Shown: piece after piece, positions 19,591 through 27,695 of the stretch
How the letters are laid out: every line of letters begins with the position of its first letter
Position numbering within the stretch: position 1 is the first letter of the stretch
Source of the DNA: Candidatus Peribacter sp.
GTDB lineage: Bacteria; Patescibacteriota; Gracilibacteria; Peribacterales; Peribacteraceae
Reading direction: 5' to 3'
Assembly: GCA_018652955.1 (NCBI GenBank)
Contig: JABIBA010000013.1
Span: 55,880-119,879, forward strand
Length of the DNA stretch: 64,000 nucleotides
The notes under the pieces: generated by a model
What the model was told of the DNA's origin: nothing
What the model saw: only the letters and a program-made list of their open reading frames with translations
Database searches by the model: none
Position numbers and translations under genes: made by a program

Positions 19591-20343
19591 ATGCTTAATG
19601 CACACAATCTTCATATATCGGTAGACGATAAGGAAATCGTTAAGGGCATCGATCTAAACATCGAAGAGGGGCAAATTCACGCCATTATGGGCCCAAATGG
19701 GAGTGGTAAATCTACGCTGGTTAGTACTTTGATGGGACATCCTGGATACACCGTTACGGCAGGATCTGTGGAATTTATGGGCAAAGATCTTCTTGCTCAG
19801 GCTCCGCATGAGAGGGCACAGGCAGGCCTCTTCTTGGCGTTTCAGTATCCTAAAGAGATTGCAGGGGTGACACTACGAAGCTTCTTATTTGCAGCATATA
19901 AAGCACAGATGAAAGTAAGAAATCCAGAGATGAAAGTATCATCACCTATCAAATTTAAAGCATTACTCGAAGGCGCAATGAAAAGCCTCAAGATGGATAC
20001 GGCGTTTGCAGAGCGCTTTGTAAACCAAGGATTCTCTGGTGGAGAAAAGAAAAAAGCTGAGGTGTTGCAGATGCATATCTTGCAGCCGTCACTTGCCTTG
20101 ATGGACGAAACCGATTCTGGACTCGATGTCGATGCATTAAAAATTGTTGCTGACGGTGTAAATGCGTTAAAAGAGCGATCAGACTTTAGCGCACTTGTTG
20201 TGACACACTACGCACGTATCTTAGATCACATTCATCCAGACCATGTTCATGTTATGGTCGACGGAAAAATCGTAGAGAGTGGCGGTAAAGAGTTTGCACA
20301 GCAACTGGAAGAGGGGGGATATGAGAAATATTTGCAAAGCTAA
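19591..20343 (+). CDS. sufC: Fe-S cluster assembly ATPase SufC
   Basis: 250 aa. Walker A GPNGSGKST, the signature-like FSGGEKKK, and the Walker B region LALMDETDSGLD. Confidence 0.93.
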   Translation: MLNAHNLHISVDDKEIVKGIDLNIEEGQIHAIMGPNGSGKSTLVSTLMGHPGYTVTAGSVEFMGKDLLAQAPHERAQAGLFLAFQYPKEIAGVTLRSFLFAAYKAQMKVRNPEMKVSSPIKFKALLEGAMKSLKMDTAFAERFVNQGFSGGEKKKAEVLQMHILQPSLALMDETDSGLDVDALKIVADGVNALKERSDFSALVVTHYARILDHIHPDHVHVMVDGKIVESGGKEFAQQLEEGGYEKYLQS

Positions 20344-20383
20344 AACAAGAAGGGGATACTTATTTCCATTCCCCAATAGCTTT

Positions 20384-20644
20384 ATGGTTAAACAAGTCCT
20401 TGGTGTCTCTCAAGGTATTACTGCACTTGATGAAGATGGAAAATTAGCAGATCTATTAACACAGGTGAATGAACTTCTTGTGCAACAACTTCACAACGGA
20501 CAAGAGGTATTTATGGTGTTAGATGATCCCAATGTAGAAAAGCCAGCAAGAAGAACTCCAACTACACCACAATTCGGTCATGTTTTTGATGATACTGCAG
20601 AAATGTATTCTGGTGGAGTATCAGATGGAAAAATCTGGCAGTAG
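20384..20644 (+). CDS. Hypothetical small protein (86 aa)
   Basis: The ORF track entry 20279..20644 overlaps the sufC 3' end. I trimmed it to the first ATG after the sufC stop (MVKQVLGVSQG...). No recognisable domain. Confidence 0.4.
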   Translation: MVKQVLGVSQGITALDEDGKLADLLTQVNELLVQQLHNGQEVFMVLDDPNVEKPARRTPTTPQFGHVFDDTAEMYSGGVSDGKIWQ

Positions 20645-20703
20645 ATTTTCAGTTTTTCTGAAAAAATAGAGTATAATTGTTTTGAATATTCCCCCTTACT
20701 CTT

Positions 20704-21462
20704 ATGGAAGAAAAAGCAATTTACCTCAAGCCCCCAGTGTGGCTCCCTGTTCTCGTCGCACTCATAGCCGGTGGACTTTATGTTACTGGTAAGTACGTCG
20801 AAACTCGGCACATGGATCAGTTTACTATTTCTATTCAAGGAAGCGGAAAAGTAAGCGCAGTTCCAGATATCGCATCACTAAACTTTGGTGTGCAGACTGG
20901 CCGTCAAAAAACGGCAGCTGGAGCAATGAATATGCTGACAGATAACATGACAGCAGTTGTAGAAGCTATTAAAGAATCTGGAGTAGAAGAAAAAGATATT
21001 CGTACACAGTACCTAAACCTTAATCCTGCATACGACTGGAATGAGGGAAAGAGGGTGGACAGAGGGTTTGAAGCGACACAGTCGTTGGTTGTTAAGGTGC
21101 GCGATCTCGATAAGATCTCTGCGGTACTCGATGCAGCTGTTAAGGCAGGTGCTAACCAAGCAGGATCTGTTGGATTTACGATCGATGACCCAGATGAATT
21201 GCGAGAGCAGGCTAGAGCTGAGGCTATAGAAGACGCCCAGATAAAAGCTATGAAGCTTGCAAAAGACCTCGGGGTAACTCTTGGCGCTATGCAAGGGTTC
21301 TGGGAAGACCAAGGATACGGTGGACCTCAGCCTATGATGATGCGTTCAGAGTCTATGGATGCTTCTGGTGGATACGGAGGAGGTGGCATGAAGGCACCGC
21401 CAATCCCAGCAGGAGAACAAGAAGTAATGGTAAACGTAAACATCACGTACAAGATAAAGTAG
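20704..21462 (+). CDS. SIMPL/DUF541-family secreted or membrane-anchored protein
   Basis: N-terminal TM/signal (WLPVLVALIAGGLYV) followed by ISIQGSGKVSAVPDIASLNFGV...DIRTQYLNLNPAYDW...GFEATQSLVVKVRDL. This pattern is typical of SIMPL-domain proteins. Confidence 0.75.
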   Translation: MEEKAIYLKPPVWLPVLVALIAGGLYVTGKYVETRHMDQFTISIQGSGKVSAVPDIASLNFGVQTGRQKTAAGAMNMLTDNMTAVVEAIKESGVEEKDIRTQYLNLNPAYDWNEGKRVDRGFEATQSLVVKVRDLDKISAVLDAAVKAGANQAGSVGFTIDDPDELREQARAEAIEDAQIKAMKLAKDLGVTLGAMQGFWEDQGYGGPQPMMMRSESMDASGGYGGGGMKAPPIPAGEQEVMVNVNITYKIK

Positions 21463-21481
21463 TACGTAAAGCAGTGTAGTT

Positions 21482-21507
21482 AAAGGGCGTCTACGGGCGC
21501 CTTTTTT
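21482..21507 (+). terminator. Rho-independent terminator between convergent genes
   Basis: aaagggcgtc-tacg-ggcgccttt stem-loop followed by a T-run (aaagggcgtctacgggcgcctttttt). It sits between the 21462 (+) and 21506 (-) gene ends. Confidence 0.6.
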
Positions 21508-22159
21508 ACATTGTAATGGCTATGGAATCATTGAGCTGAAAACGCAGTCCATCTATTTCATTTTGAATTGCAGGCAATACATCTCCCCCTTGATGTAGAA
21601 GATCTTGTAATTTTGTCGTAAGTGCATTCCATGTTTCGGCTATAGGATGTACTTTTGCTCCGTAGGAAACAGCTTTTGTTGGTGCACGTTTATTCATGAT
21701 AAGCATCATTTGCGTATTTGCCTCTTGGGCTAAATCTGAAAATAACCTATTGGTTTCATGAAGTTGAGATTGCAGAGTATCGAGCCGTACTTCCATTTTC
21801 TGTATTATAGGTTTTGCATTCACATTCCAATACACCTCTCTGTGGTTTTTACCCTTTCTTGCTATTGCCTTTTTTCGAACTGTAAATTTCTTTCCTACTT
21901 TCTTACGTGTTTTTAATCGCATTTTTTCTATGGCAGTTTCTATTTTTCTTAGTTGATCAATACAACCTTCAAAGCTTAACAAGCACGCTTCAAGGGCAAG
22001 CACATGATTTTCACGATAACGTTCTTTTTCACTTAATTTTGCTACAAGTAATTCTTGTGCTTTATGACTCATGTTTGGGTGATATACCTTTACCCATGCC
22101 TTGGCCTCTTCAGGGGTCATTTCTTCTTGATAATCTGGATCGTGAAAGGTGTTACTCAT
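21506..22159 (-). CDS. Hypothetical coiled-coil-rich protein (217 aa)
   Basis: Clean ORF with charged heptad-like segments (IDQLRKIETAIEKMRLKTRKK; RLDTLQSQLHETNRLFSDLAQE). No known domain recognised. Confidence 0.6.
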   Translation of the reverse strand: MSNTFHDPDYQEEMTPEEAKAWVKVYHPNMSHKAQELLVAKLSEKERYRENHVLALEACLLSFEGCIDQLRKIETAIEKMRLKTRKKVGKKFTVRKKAIARKGKNHREVYWNVNAKPIIQKMEVRLDTLQSQLHETNRLFSDLAQEANTQMMLIMNKRAPTKAVSYGAKVHPIAETWNALTTKLQDLLHQGGDVLPAIQNEIDGLRFQLNDSIAITM

Positions 22160-22207
22160 AAAAAAAGACGAACCGAAGCCCGTCTACTATATACCATGTC
22201 TCGCCCC

Positions 22208-22804
22208 TTACTTTTTGCTCTTCTTCTTCCGGTGCATAGTTTTTGCCTTACAGGCAGCAACTACAGCACTGGCAGACATGGTGTTCTTCTTTGGAGAGCG
22301 ACGTTTTGCTGCTGTTGGCTTGGTTCTTGCTCCAAGCTCGAAGCAAATATCTGTAATTACTTCGTGGAAGTTCTTAGACCCGATTGAGCGTTTGAGTGTT
22401 GCTGCTAACCATCCGAGTGTTATAAAACCACACACGATAAAGATCGCGCGCCATTCTGCAGGACCAAGACCGAGAGCACGTTTAAAGTTTGAGGTAATAA
22501 GAGCAATAAAAATTGTAGTTAGTGTAGAGAGTGGTGCAATCCATTCACGCTTACCAAGCTGTGCAATATTACGTTTGAGTGTCAGAAGTGTTTTGTCTTG
22601 TGTAACAATAATGAGTCTCTGGTTTGTATTCTTGTGAATACCAATAACACGGGTATCTAAATCTCCTGCAAGAGTATTGAGGAATGATGGTGTTGCGTTT
22701 CCTTCTACCTCGTCTTCTGTGGTGTCAATATCTGCTTCTAAAACTGCTCGTTCGCGGTAATCTGGGTCTGCTAGAAGACGGTTAAGAGAGGAGTTCATTC
22801 CCAT
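22208..22804 (-). CDS. Hypothetical membrane protein with a lysine/arginine-rich C-terminal tail (198 aa)
   Basis: Two hydrophobic helices (LSTLTTIFIALITS and AIFIVCGFITLGWLAATL) and the tail KPTAAKRRSPKK...HRKKKSKK. A promoter-like element lies upstream. Confidence 0.6.
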   Translation of the reverse strand: MGMNSSLNRLLADPDYRERAVLEADIDTTEDEVEGNATPSFLNTLAGDLDTRVIGIHKNTNQRLIIVTQDKTLLTLKRNIAQLGKREWIAPLSTLTTIFIALITSNFKRALGLGPAEWRAIFIVCGFITLGWLAATLKRSIGSKNFHEVITDICFELGARTKPTAAKRRSPKKNTMSASAVVAACKAKTMHRKKKSKK

Positions 22805-22836
22805 GGGTTTTGGTGGTAGATATTACTAAGTACTGA

Positions 22837-22865
22837 AATGTACATCTAGTACAATCTATTGTCAA
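22837..22865 (-). promoter_or_regulatory. Sigma-70-like promoter for the 22804-21506 two-gene unit
   Basis: The minus strand reads TTGACA, a 17-nt spacer, then TACATT, 32 nt upstream of the ATG at 22804. Confidence 0.4.
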
Positions 22866-22889
22866 AGAAACTAATGTGAAGAATTGTAT

Positions 22890-23357
22890 TTATTTAGATT
22901 TAGTACCTTTTCCAGTCATTTGTGTGATTACTATGCGAAACAGTGTGGCCTTTTTACCATCTATAGTAAGAGGCACGGGCATTCCTTCTATGTCGATTGG
23001 CACATCGACGCCGACAACATCTTGGACAGTTGCGAGGCGATCGCTTAAATATTTAACGGCATCAATCGATTCCTTTTTGTCGAGACTTCTAAAGTCTAGC
23101 TCTTCAAATTCTCCTTCACACAACACGCTTCTCCAGACACGCCCTTTGGTATCTCCTACGTGGAAGCAACAGTGAGGATTGCTGCGCAGCACTTGTGTCT
23201 TTCGTCCGTCGACCGTTTGGCCATATAAAATACCGGACTTGTATGCGAATGCCATGGGCACAAGGTACGGCCTGTCATCTATACAACACGCCAAGTGTCC
23301 TAGTACCTGTGTTGCTAGTACTTCTTTCATCTCTTCTTCGGTGAGGTCATGTGTCAT
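22890..23357 (-). CDS. Pyridoxamine 5'-phosphate oxidase-like FMN-binding protein
   Basis: EMKEVLATQVLGHLACCIDDRPYLVPMAFAY...ILYGQTVDGRKTQVLRSNPHCCFHV...SVLCEGEFEEL matches the Pyridox_ox_2 / general-stress-26-like pattern. Start set to the third in-frame Met of the track ORF (Met9, the MTHDL Met). Confidence 0.7.
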   Translation of the reverse strand: MTHDLTEEEMKEVLATQVLGHLACCIDDRPYLVPMAFAYKSGILYGQTVDGRKTQVLRSNPHCCFHVGDTKGRVWRSVLCEGEFEELDFRSLDKKESIDAVKYLSDRLATVQDVVGVDVPIDIEGMPVPLTIDGKKATLFRIVITQMTGKGTKSK

Positions 23358-23422
23358 GTGCACAAGTATACACATAATCAAAAAGACCTCGGAAGGTCTT
23401 TTGATGTTGGTGTGAGTAGAAC

Positions 23423-23536
23423 TTACTCAGATGCTTCTTCTGTTGCTTCTTCAGCAGCAGGTGCAGCAGAGTCGTCTCCGTGAGCGCTTCCGCATCCGCA
23501 TCCGTCGCCGTCGTCAAATAGTGAACTGTAATCCAT
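23423..23536 (-). CDS. Candidate small ORF, 37-aa acidic peptide with a CGCG motif
   Basis: My own translation gives MDYSSLFDDGDGCGCGSAHGDDSAAPAAEEATEEASE*. It is below the ORF-track cutoff. It lies directly upstream of, and co-directional with, the PNPOx-like gene. A TTGTCA-15 nt-TATAAC promoter-like element sits upstream on the same strand. Confidence 0.3.
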   Translation of the reverse strand: MDYSSLFDDGDGCGCGSAHGDDSAAPAAEEATEEASE

Positions 23537-23626
23537 AAAATTAGGTGGGAAAAATTACAACTCCATTGTTATATACCCGAAGGTGTTTTGACAAGGAAGT
23601 ATTCTATACTTTGTTTATCTATAGCC

Positions 23627-24037
23627 TTATTGTGGTAGTTGGGTTGCGTCACCATGGGCGAGCAACTCATGCATTTCTTGTACAAATTTATCTGAACTGA
23701 ACGGTTTAGGTAGCAGTATATGAGGTGAGCATTCACTCTGTGCTTTTTCGCTAAACTCAGAAGAGCTTAAATGGGCTGAGTGGAGCACACGGTAAATATC
23801 AGGTCGGTTCTCTTGTACCCATTTTAAGACTGCAATTCCATCCATACCTGTGCCAAGATCGAAGTCTGAAACAACAATATGTGTATCATTGGTAATGAGA
23901 CGCAAGCCTTCTTCTCCTGTTGGTGCTAATACGATTTCTCCTAGTTTTTGATCATCTGCGAAGCTATCTAAGCTCCATTTAAAACTTTTTCGATTCATTT
24001 CACGGTCATCAATGTATAGGAGGGTCTTTTCTGTCAT
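23627..24037 (-). CDS. Stand-alone response-regulator receiver domain (CheY-like)
   Basis: 136 aa starting at MTEKTLLYIDD. Contains an acidic pocket DD, phospho-acceptor-like VVSDFDL, and conserved LLPKPF. The longer track ORF (to 24364) overlaps sufB and was trimmed. Confidence 0.75.
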   Translation of the reverse strand: MTEKTLLYIDDREMNRKSFKWSLDSFADDQKLGEIVLAPTGEEGLRLITNDTHIVVSDFDLGTGMDGIAVLKWVQENRPDIYRVLHSAHLSSSEFSEKAQSECSPHILLPKPFSSDKFVQEMHELLAHGDATQLPQ

Positions 24038-24125
24038 AAATGTATTTAAGCAATATATATTATTAATGTCAAACATAGTGTCATTTATGGGGTATACATC
24101 CGAAATAGTGCTATGATTTGGCTTC

Positions 24126-25529
24126 ATGACTGATCCTAAGATATTTGCCGGCCTCAATCGCGATACGTTTGATACGGCTAATCCCGCTCCGTATGCAGAT
24201 GGAGCGACGCGTGGAGTATCCGAAGAGCTGGTCCGCAAGATCAGTGCAGATAAGGAGGAGCCTGAGTGGCTACTTGAGCATCGCCTAGAGTCACTAAAGA
24301 TCTTCTTAGAAAAGCCACTGCCAAAGTGGGGAGCAGATATCTCTAGTCTCGATTTGGATGACATTATTTATTACGCCTCGGCAGGAGCTGAAGAAACCGA
24401 TAACTGGGACGAAGTGCCAGAAGATATTCGGCGTGTGTATGACCGACTTGGAATCCCTGAGGCAGAACGCAAGATGCTCGCAGGAGTTGGAGCACAATAC
24501 GAAAGTGACATGGTGTACCACTCGCTCAAGGCGAAGTGGGAGGACCTTGGTGTTATCTTTTTAGATATGGATAAAGCGGTGCAAGAACATCCGAAACTTG
24601 TGCAGGAATATTTTATGAAGTGTGTCCCGAATACAGACCACAAGTTTGCAGCACTGCATGGAGCCGTGTGGAGTGGGGGAACATTTTTGTATGTACCAGA
24701 AGGAGTAACAGTAGAAGAGCCGCTGCAGGCGTACTTTCGTATGAACGCAAAGAACATGGGACAGTTTGAACACACGCTCATCATCGCAGAAGCAGGTTCC
24801 AATGTGCATTACATCGAAGGGTGCAGTGCTCCGAAATATGGATCACAAGCATTACACGCAGGGTGCGTAGAGATCTTTGTAAAGGAAGGCGCGAAGGCGC
24901 GGTACTCATCTGTAGAAAACTGGAGTCGTGATACGTATAACTTAAACACTAAGCGTGCGATTGTGCAGAAAGATGCAACGATGGAATGGATAGGAGGGAA
25001 CATGGGGTCTGGTGTGACGATGCTCTATCCGTGCAGTGTTCTTGTTGGAGAAGGTGCTCGGTGTGATCATCTCGCCTTAGCTTTCGCCAATAAAGATCAG
25101 TGGCAAGACACGGGTGCAAAAGTCATTCACCAAGCACCACACACGTCATCGAATGTAGTTTCCAAAAGCATCAGCAAAGAAGGGGGAGTGTCTGTGTATC
25201 GCGGTCTTTTGAAAATTGCACCGAAGGCACACGATTGTATAGCGAGTGTGGAATGCGATGCACTACTTCTCGATGAAGAGAGTCGTACTGATACAATTCC
25301 TGATATTCAAATTCGTAATAACGATGTGACCGTTGCCCACGAAGCGACCGTCGGGAAACTAAGTGAAGAAGATGTTTTCTACTTAACCTCTCGTGGTATC
25401 GCTGAAGAAGAGGCGAAGGCTATGATCGTAAATGGCTTTATTGAGCCGATAGTCAGGCAGCTTCCTCTCGAGTACGCAGTAGAGATGAATCGCCTTATAG
25501 AGCTAGAAATGGAGGGTTCTGTGGGATAG
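24126..25529 (+). CDS. sufB: Fe-S cluster assembly scaffold SufB
   Basis: 467 aa. FLYVPEGV..., HTLIIAEAGS.VHYIEGCSAP, and the C-terminus ATVGKLSEEDVFYLTSRGIAEEEAKAMIVNGF are all typical of SufB. Confidence 0.95.
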   Translation: MTDPKIFAGLNRDTFDTANPAPYADGATRGVSEELVRKISADKEEPEWLLEHRLESLKIFLEKPLPKWGADISSLDLDDIIYYASAGAEETDNWDEVPEDIRRVYDRLGIPEAERKMLAGVGAQYESDMVYHSLKAKWEDLGVIFLDMDKAVQEHPKLVQEYFMKCVPNTDHKFAALHGAVWSGGTFLYVPEGVTVEEPLQAYFRMNAKNMGQFEHTLIIAEAGSNVHYIEGCSAPKYGSQALHAGCVEIFVKEGAKARYSSVENWSRDTYNLNTKRAIVQKDATMEWIGGNMGSGVTMLYPCSVLVGEGARCDHLALAFANKDQWQDTGAKVIHQAPHTSSNVVSKSISKEGGVSVYRGLLKIAPKAHDCIASVECDALLLDEESRTDTIPDIQIRNNDVTVAHEATVGKLSEEDVFYLTSRGIAEEEAKAMIVNGFIEPIVRQLPLEYAVEMNRLIELEMEGSVG

Positions 25530-25557
25530 TTGCATTTATATTATATATACGTATAAT
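25530..25557 (+). promoter_or_regulatory. Near-consensus promoter placing the TSS at or next to the ATG of the following ORF (leaderless candidate)
   Basis: TTGCAT (25530-25535), a 16-nt spacer, then TATAAT (25552-25557). The ATG at 25564 lies only 6 nt after the -10 element. Confidence 0.45.
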
Positions 25558-25563
25558 AACAGT

Positions 25564-25776
25564 ATGGTAAGCACATTAAATGAAGGCGGCTCCGCTGTGG
25601 ATGTTGAATCTCTCATGCATGATTTGCCTGAAAATGCTGAATTGGGTGATAAGATAGATCGGCTCTCTTCACTTTCAGATACACAATTAAAAGGGATTAT
25701 GAGTGGAGTAGATGATGTAGCTAGTCAGGCTGCAGCAGTTATTTTATGGCAAAGAAAACCTCGTAAGGCGAAGTAA
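25564..25776 (+). CDS. Hypothetical small protein (70 aa)
   Basis: ORF directly behind a near-consensus promoter. Acidic N-terminus and basic C-terminus (WQRKPRKAK). No known domain. Confidence 0.45.
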   Translation: MVSTLNEGGSAVDVESLMHDLPENAELGDKIDRLSSLSDTQLKGIMSGVDDVASQAAAVILWQRKPRKAK

Positions 25777-25785
25777 GAATTTTTC

Positions 25786-26172
25786 TTATGCGATTACATC
25801 CATAGTAGGATCATCGTCCGTAGGATATTTGTTCCATCCTAAAGCCTCGTAAATCTTTACTCGATCTGATGAAACTCGGTCAACAATTGTTTTGAGTAAA
25901 CCTTGTTTTGGATAATTCTCACCTCTACCTGCTAGGCTCTCAGCCATTATGTTGTATTGTCTTCTTGTTAAGAGGTTATTATCAATTAAGTATTGCAAGG
26001 CAGGCTCTAGTGTATTGTTTGCTTCTATGGCTACACTTGCAGCTTGGTTTGCAGGTATATAATCAAGAAATCTTATAACTTTATCTCTTAATATAGGATC
26101 ATGAATCTCGAATTCCCGATCATCTCCTCCCTGTGCTCGTAGTGAGTCTTCACGCATATGTATATTATACAT
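25786..26172 (-). CDS. Hypothetical protein (128 aa)
   Basis: Clean ORF between sufB and sufD on the opposite strand. No recognisable domain. Confidence 0.5.
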   Translation of the reverse strand: MYNIHMREDSLRAQGGDDREFEIHDPILRDKVIRFLDYIPANQAASVAIEANNTLEPALQYLIDNNLLTRRQYNIMAESLAGRGENYPKQGLLKTIVDRVSSDRVKIYEALGWNKYPTDDDPTMDVIA

Positions 26173-26194
26173 CAGAGCTAATATTTTGTCGATC

Positions 26195-26207
26195 GCCTAA
26201 ATTAGGC
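26195..26207. promoter_or_regulatory. Perfect 13-nt palindrome in the divergent region upstream of sufD (possible operator)
   Basis: gcctaa-a-ttaggc lies between the divergent starts at 26172 (-) and 26222 (+). Confidence 0.25.
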
Positions 26208-26221
26208 TACAGTGTGGCTCT

Positions 26222-27049
26222 ATGGACGCACCAGAACTAGGATCACTACTCGATGTGGACTCAGAATCAGAGGTTTCTGTGCAGCGTTTTGCAGCAGGGT
26301 CTCAGCATAGAGAACCTGTCTCTCTTATTATTGATTCGCCTACACATCTGTTGATTGTAGTAGGAGAAGATGCACAGGTCACTGTGGAAGTGACAGTACG
26401 AAGTACATGTTCTATGGAAATTATCGCAGAGGAAAATGCGTCGGTTACTGTTATTTGTGTGCAGCAAACATCGGGGAGTATCAGGCAACGAAGTTCTATT
26501 GGTGCAGGTGCATCTATCAAATTTCAAAATGTTACGTTGGCATCAGAAGTTGAGCATCATGTGCAGTCACATCTTACGGGTCGTGGAGCAACGAGTGACA
26601 TCGACTGGATCTTCTATGCAAAAGACAAAGACACCCAAGACCTTACTGCGCGTAATATGTTTGAGGCAGCAGAAGGTGGGGGAGAGATTACGATGAAGGG
26701 TATCGCAGAACAGAATGCGTATGTGCGTTGTGATGGACTGATTGATATTGGATTACAAGGAGGCGGAACAGATACGTATTTGTCCGAAGATGTTCTCATG
26801 CTTGATGACACCGCGAAAGTAGATGCAATTCCTGGGCTCGAAATTAAAACGAATGATGTAAAAGCGTCGCACTCAGCAACAATATCTAAGGTAACCCCTG
26901 AGGATTTGTTTTATTTTGCTTCACGTGGAATCGCAGAGAAAGAAGCACGGCGAATGTATGTGCAGGGATTTTTGGGAGACTTAACAAAGCGCATAGAACA
27001 TACAGCGTTGCGAGAAAGTGTTCTGGAAAAGATTATAGCTCGTTATTAA
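26222..27049 (+). CDS. sufD: SufD-like Fe-S assembly protein, short form
   Basis: 275 aa. The C-terminus AIPGLEIKTNDVKASHSATISKVTPEDLFYFASRGIAEKEARRMYVQGF is the SufB/SufD family core. The N-terminal domain is much shorter than in typical SufD. Confidence 0.8.
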   Translation: MDAPELGSLLDVDSESEVSVQRFAAGSQHREPVSLIIDSPTHLLIVVGEDAQVTVEVTVRSTCSMEIIAEENASVTVICVQQTSGSIRQRSSIGAGASIKFQNVTLASEVEHHVQSHLTGRGATSDIDWIFYAKDKDTQDLTARNMFEAAEGGGEITMKGIAEQNAYVRCDGLIDIGLQGGGTDTYLSEDVLMLDDTAKVDAIPGLEIKTNDVKASHSATISKVTPEDLFYFASRGIAEKEARRMYVQGFLGDLTKRIEHTALRESVLEKIIARY

Positions 27050-27695
27050 TCATCTCCTGAATACCACTGCTATCTACAAAGAGAAGAGTTGGTGTGAGGG
27101 GATAGTCTTCTTCTTGGTCGAATTCGTTTTGTACTTGAGATGCAAATGCATCAAACAATGAGAAGTCTTTGTGCCAGAAGATGAGGAAATCGCGAGTAGG
27201 GATTGCAGCAATGTAGCTTTCTCCAAGCTCTCTTGTAATTGCTTTGCGTACTCCATCGCTGAGTAAGCGCGCCGCTGCGTATCCATCATCGAGTTCGACG
27301 ATTACGTACTTTGCTGTTTCATCTTCTTCTGAGGCTTGCGCTACTTCTACTTTGATATTGCGAGAGATAGCATCGAGGTTGTTGCTTGCTTGTGCGTAGA
27401 GCGTATCTTCATCGATGTTCCATTCTTCAAGCATGACACTATTAACAAATTGATATTTTGTTCCTGCATCTATCACCACTCCTACATCTACCTCAGAGAT
27501 AAATGGTCTGTGGAGAACATCAATATTTTCTTTATGTGTGGCGGGCATCAGTTGTAATACCACGTCATCACGTATGTTACGCCACCCCTCATTTGCATTG
27601 CGCGCAGAGATGAATATTAGTCCTGAGCTCGCTACCGCTAGAATGATACCGATAAGGACGATGTTGGTGGATTGCTTTCGAAACATGAATTGCAT
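27033..27695 (-). CDS. Membrane-anchored hypothetical protein (possibly DUF1444-like)
   Basis: N-terminal TM helix (IVLIGIILAVASSGLIFI). The soluble part, with GYAAARLL...YIAAIPTRDFLIFW, is reminiscent of UPF0354/DUF1444. This assignment is tentative. Confidence 0.55.
   Translation of the reverse strand: MQFMFRKQSTNIVLIGIILAVASSGLIFISARNANEGWRNIRDDVVLQLMPATHKENIDVLHRPFISEVDVGVVIDAGTKYQFVNSVMLEEWNIDEDTLYAQASNNLDAISRNIKVEVAQASEEDETAKYVIVELDDGYAAARLLSDGVRKAITRELGESYIAAIPTRDFLIFWHKDFSLFDAFASQVQNEFDQEEDYPLTPTLLFVDSSGIQEMINNEL

Noticed and set aside
20279-20383. The 5' part of track ORF 20279-20644, overlapping the sufC 3' end.
   Set aside because: It overlaps the well-supported sufC C-terminus in another frame. 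I trimmed it to the first ATG after the sufC stop.
24038-24364. N-terminal extension of the receiver-domain ORF (track ORF 23627-24364, 245 aa).
   Set aside because: The extension overlaps the sufB start by about 240 nt and is low-complexity S/R-rich. The receiver domain begins cleanly at the ATG at 24037.
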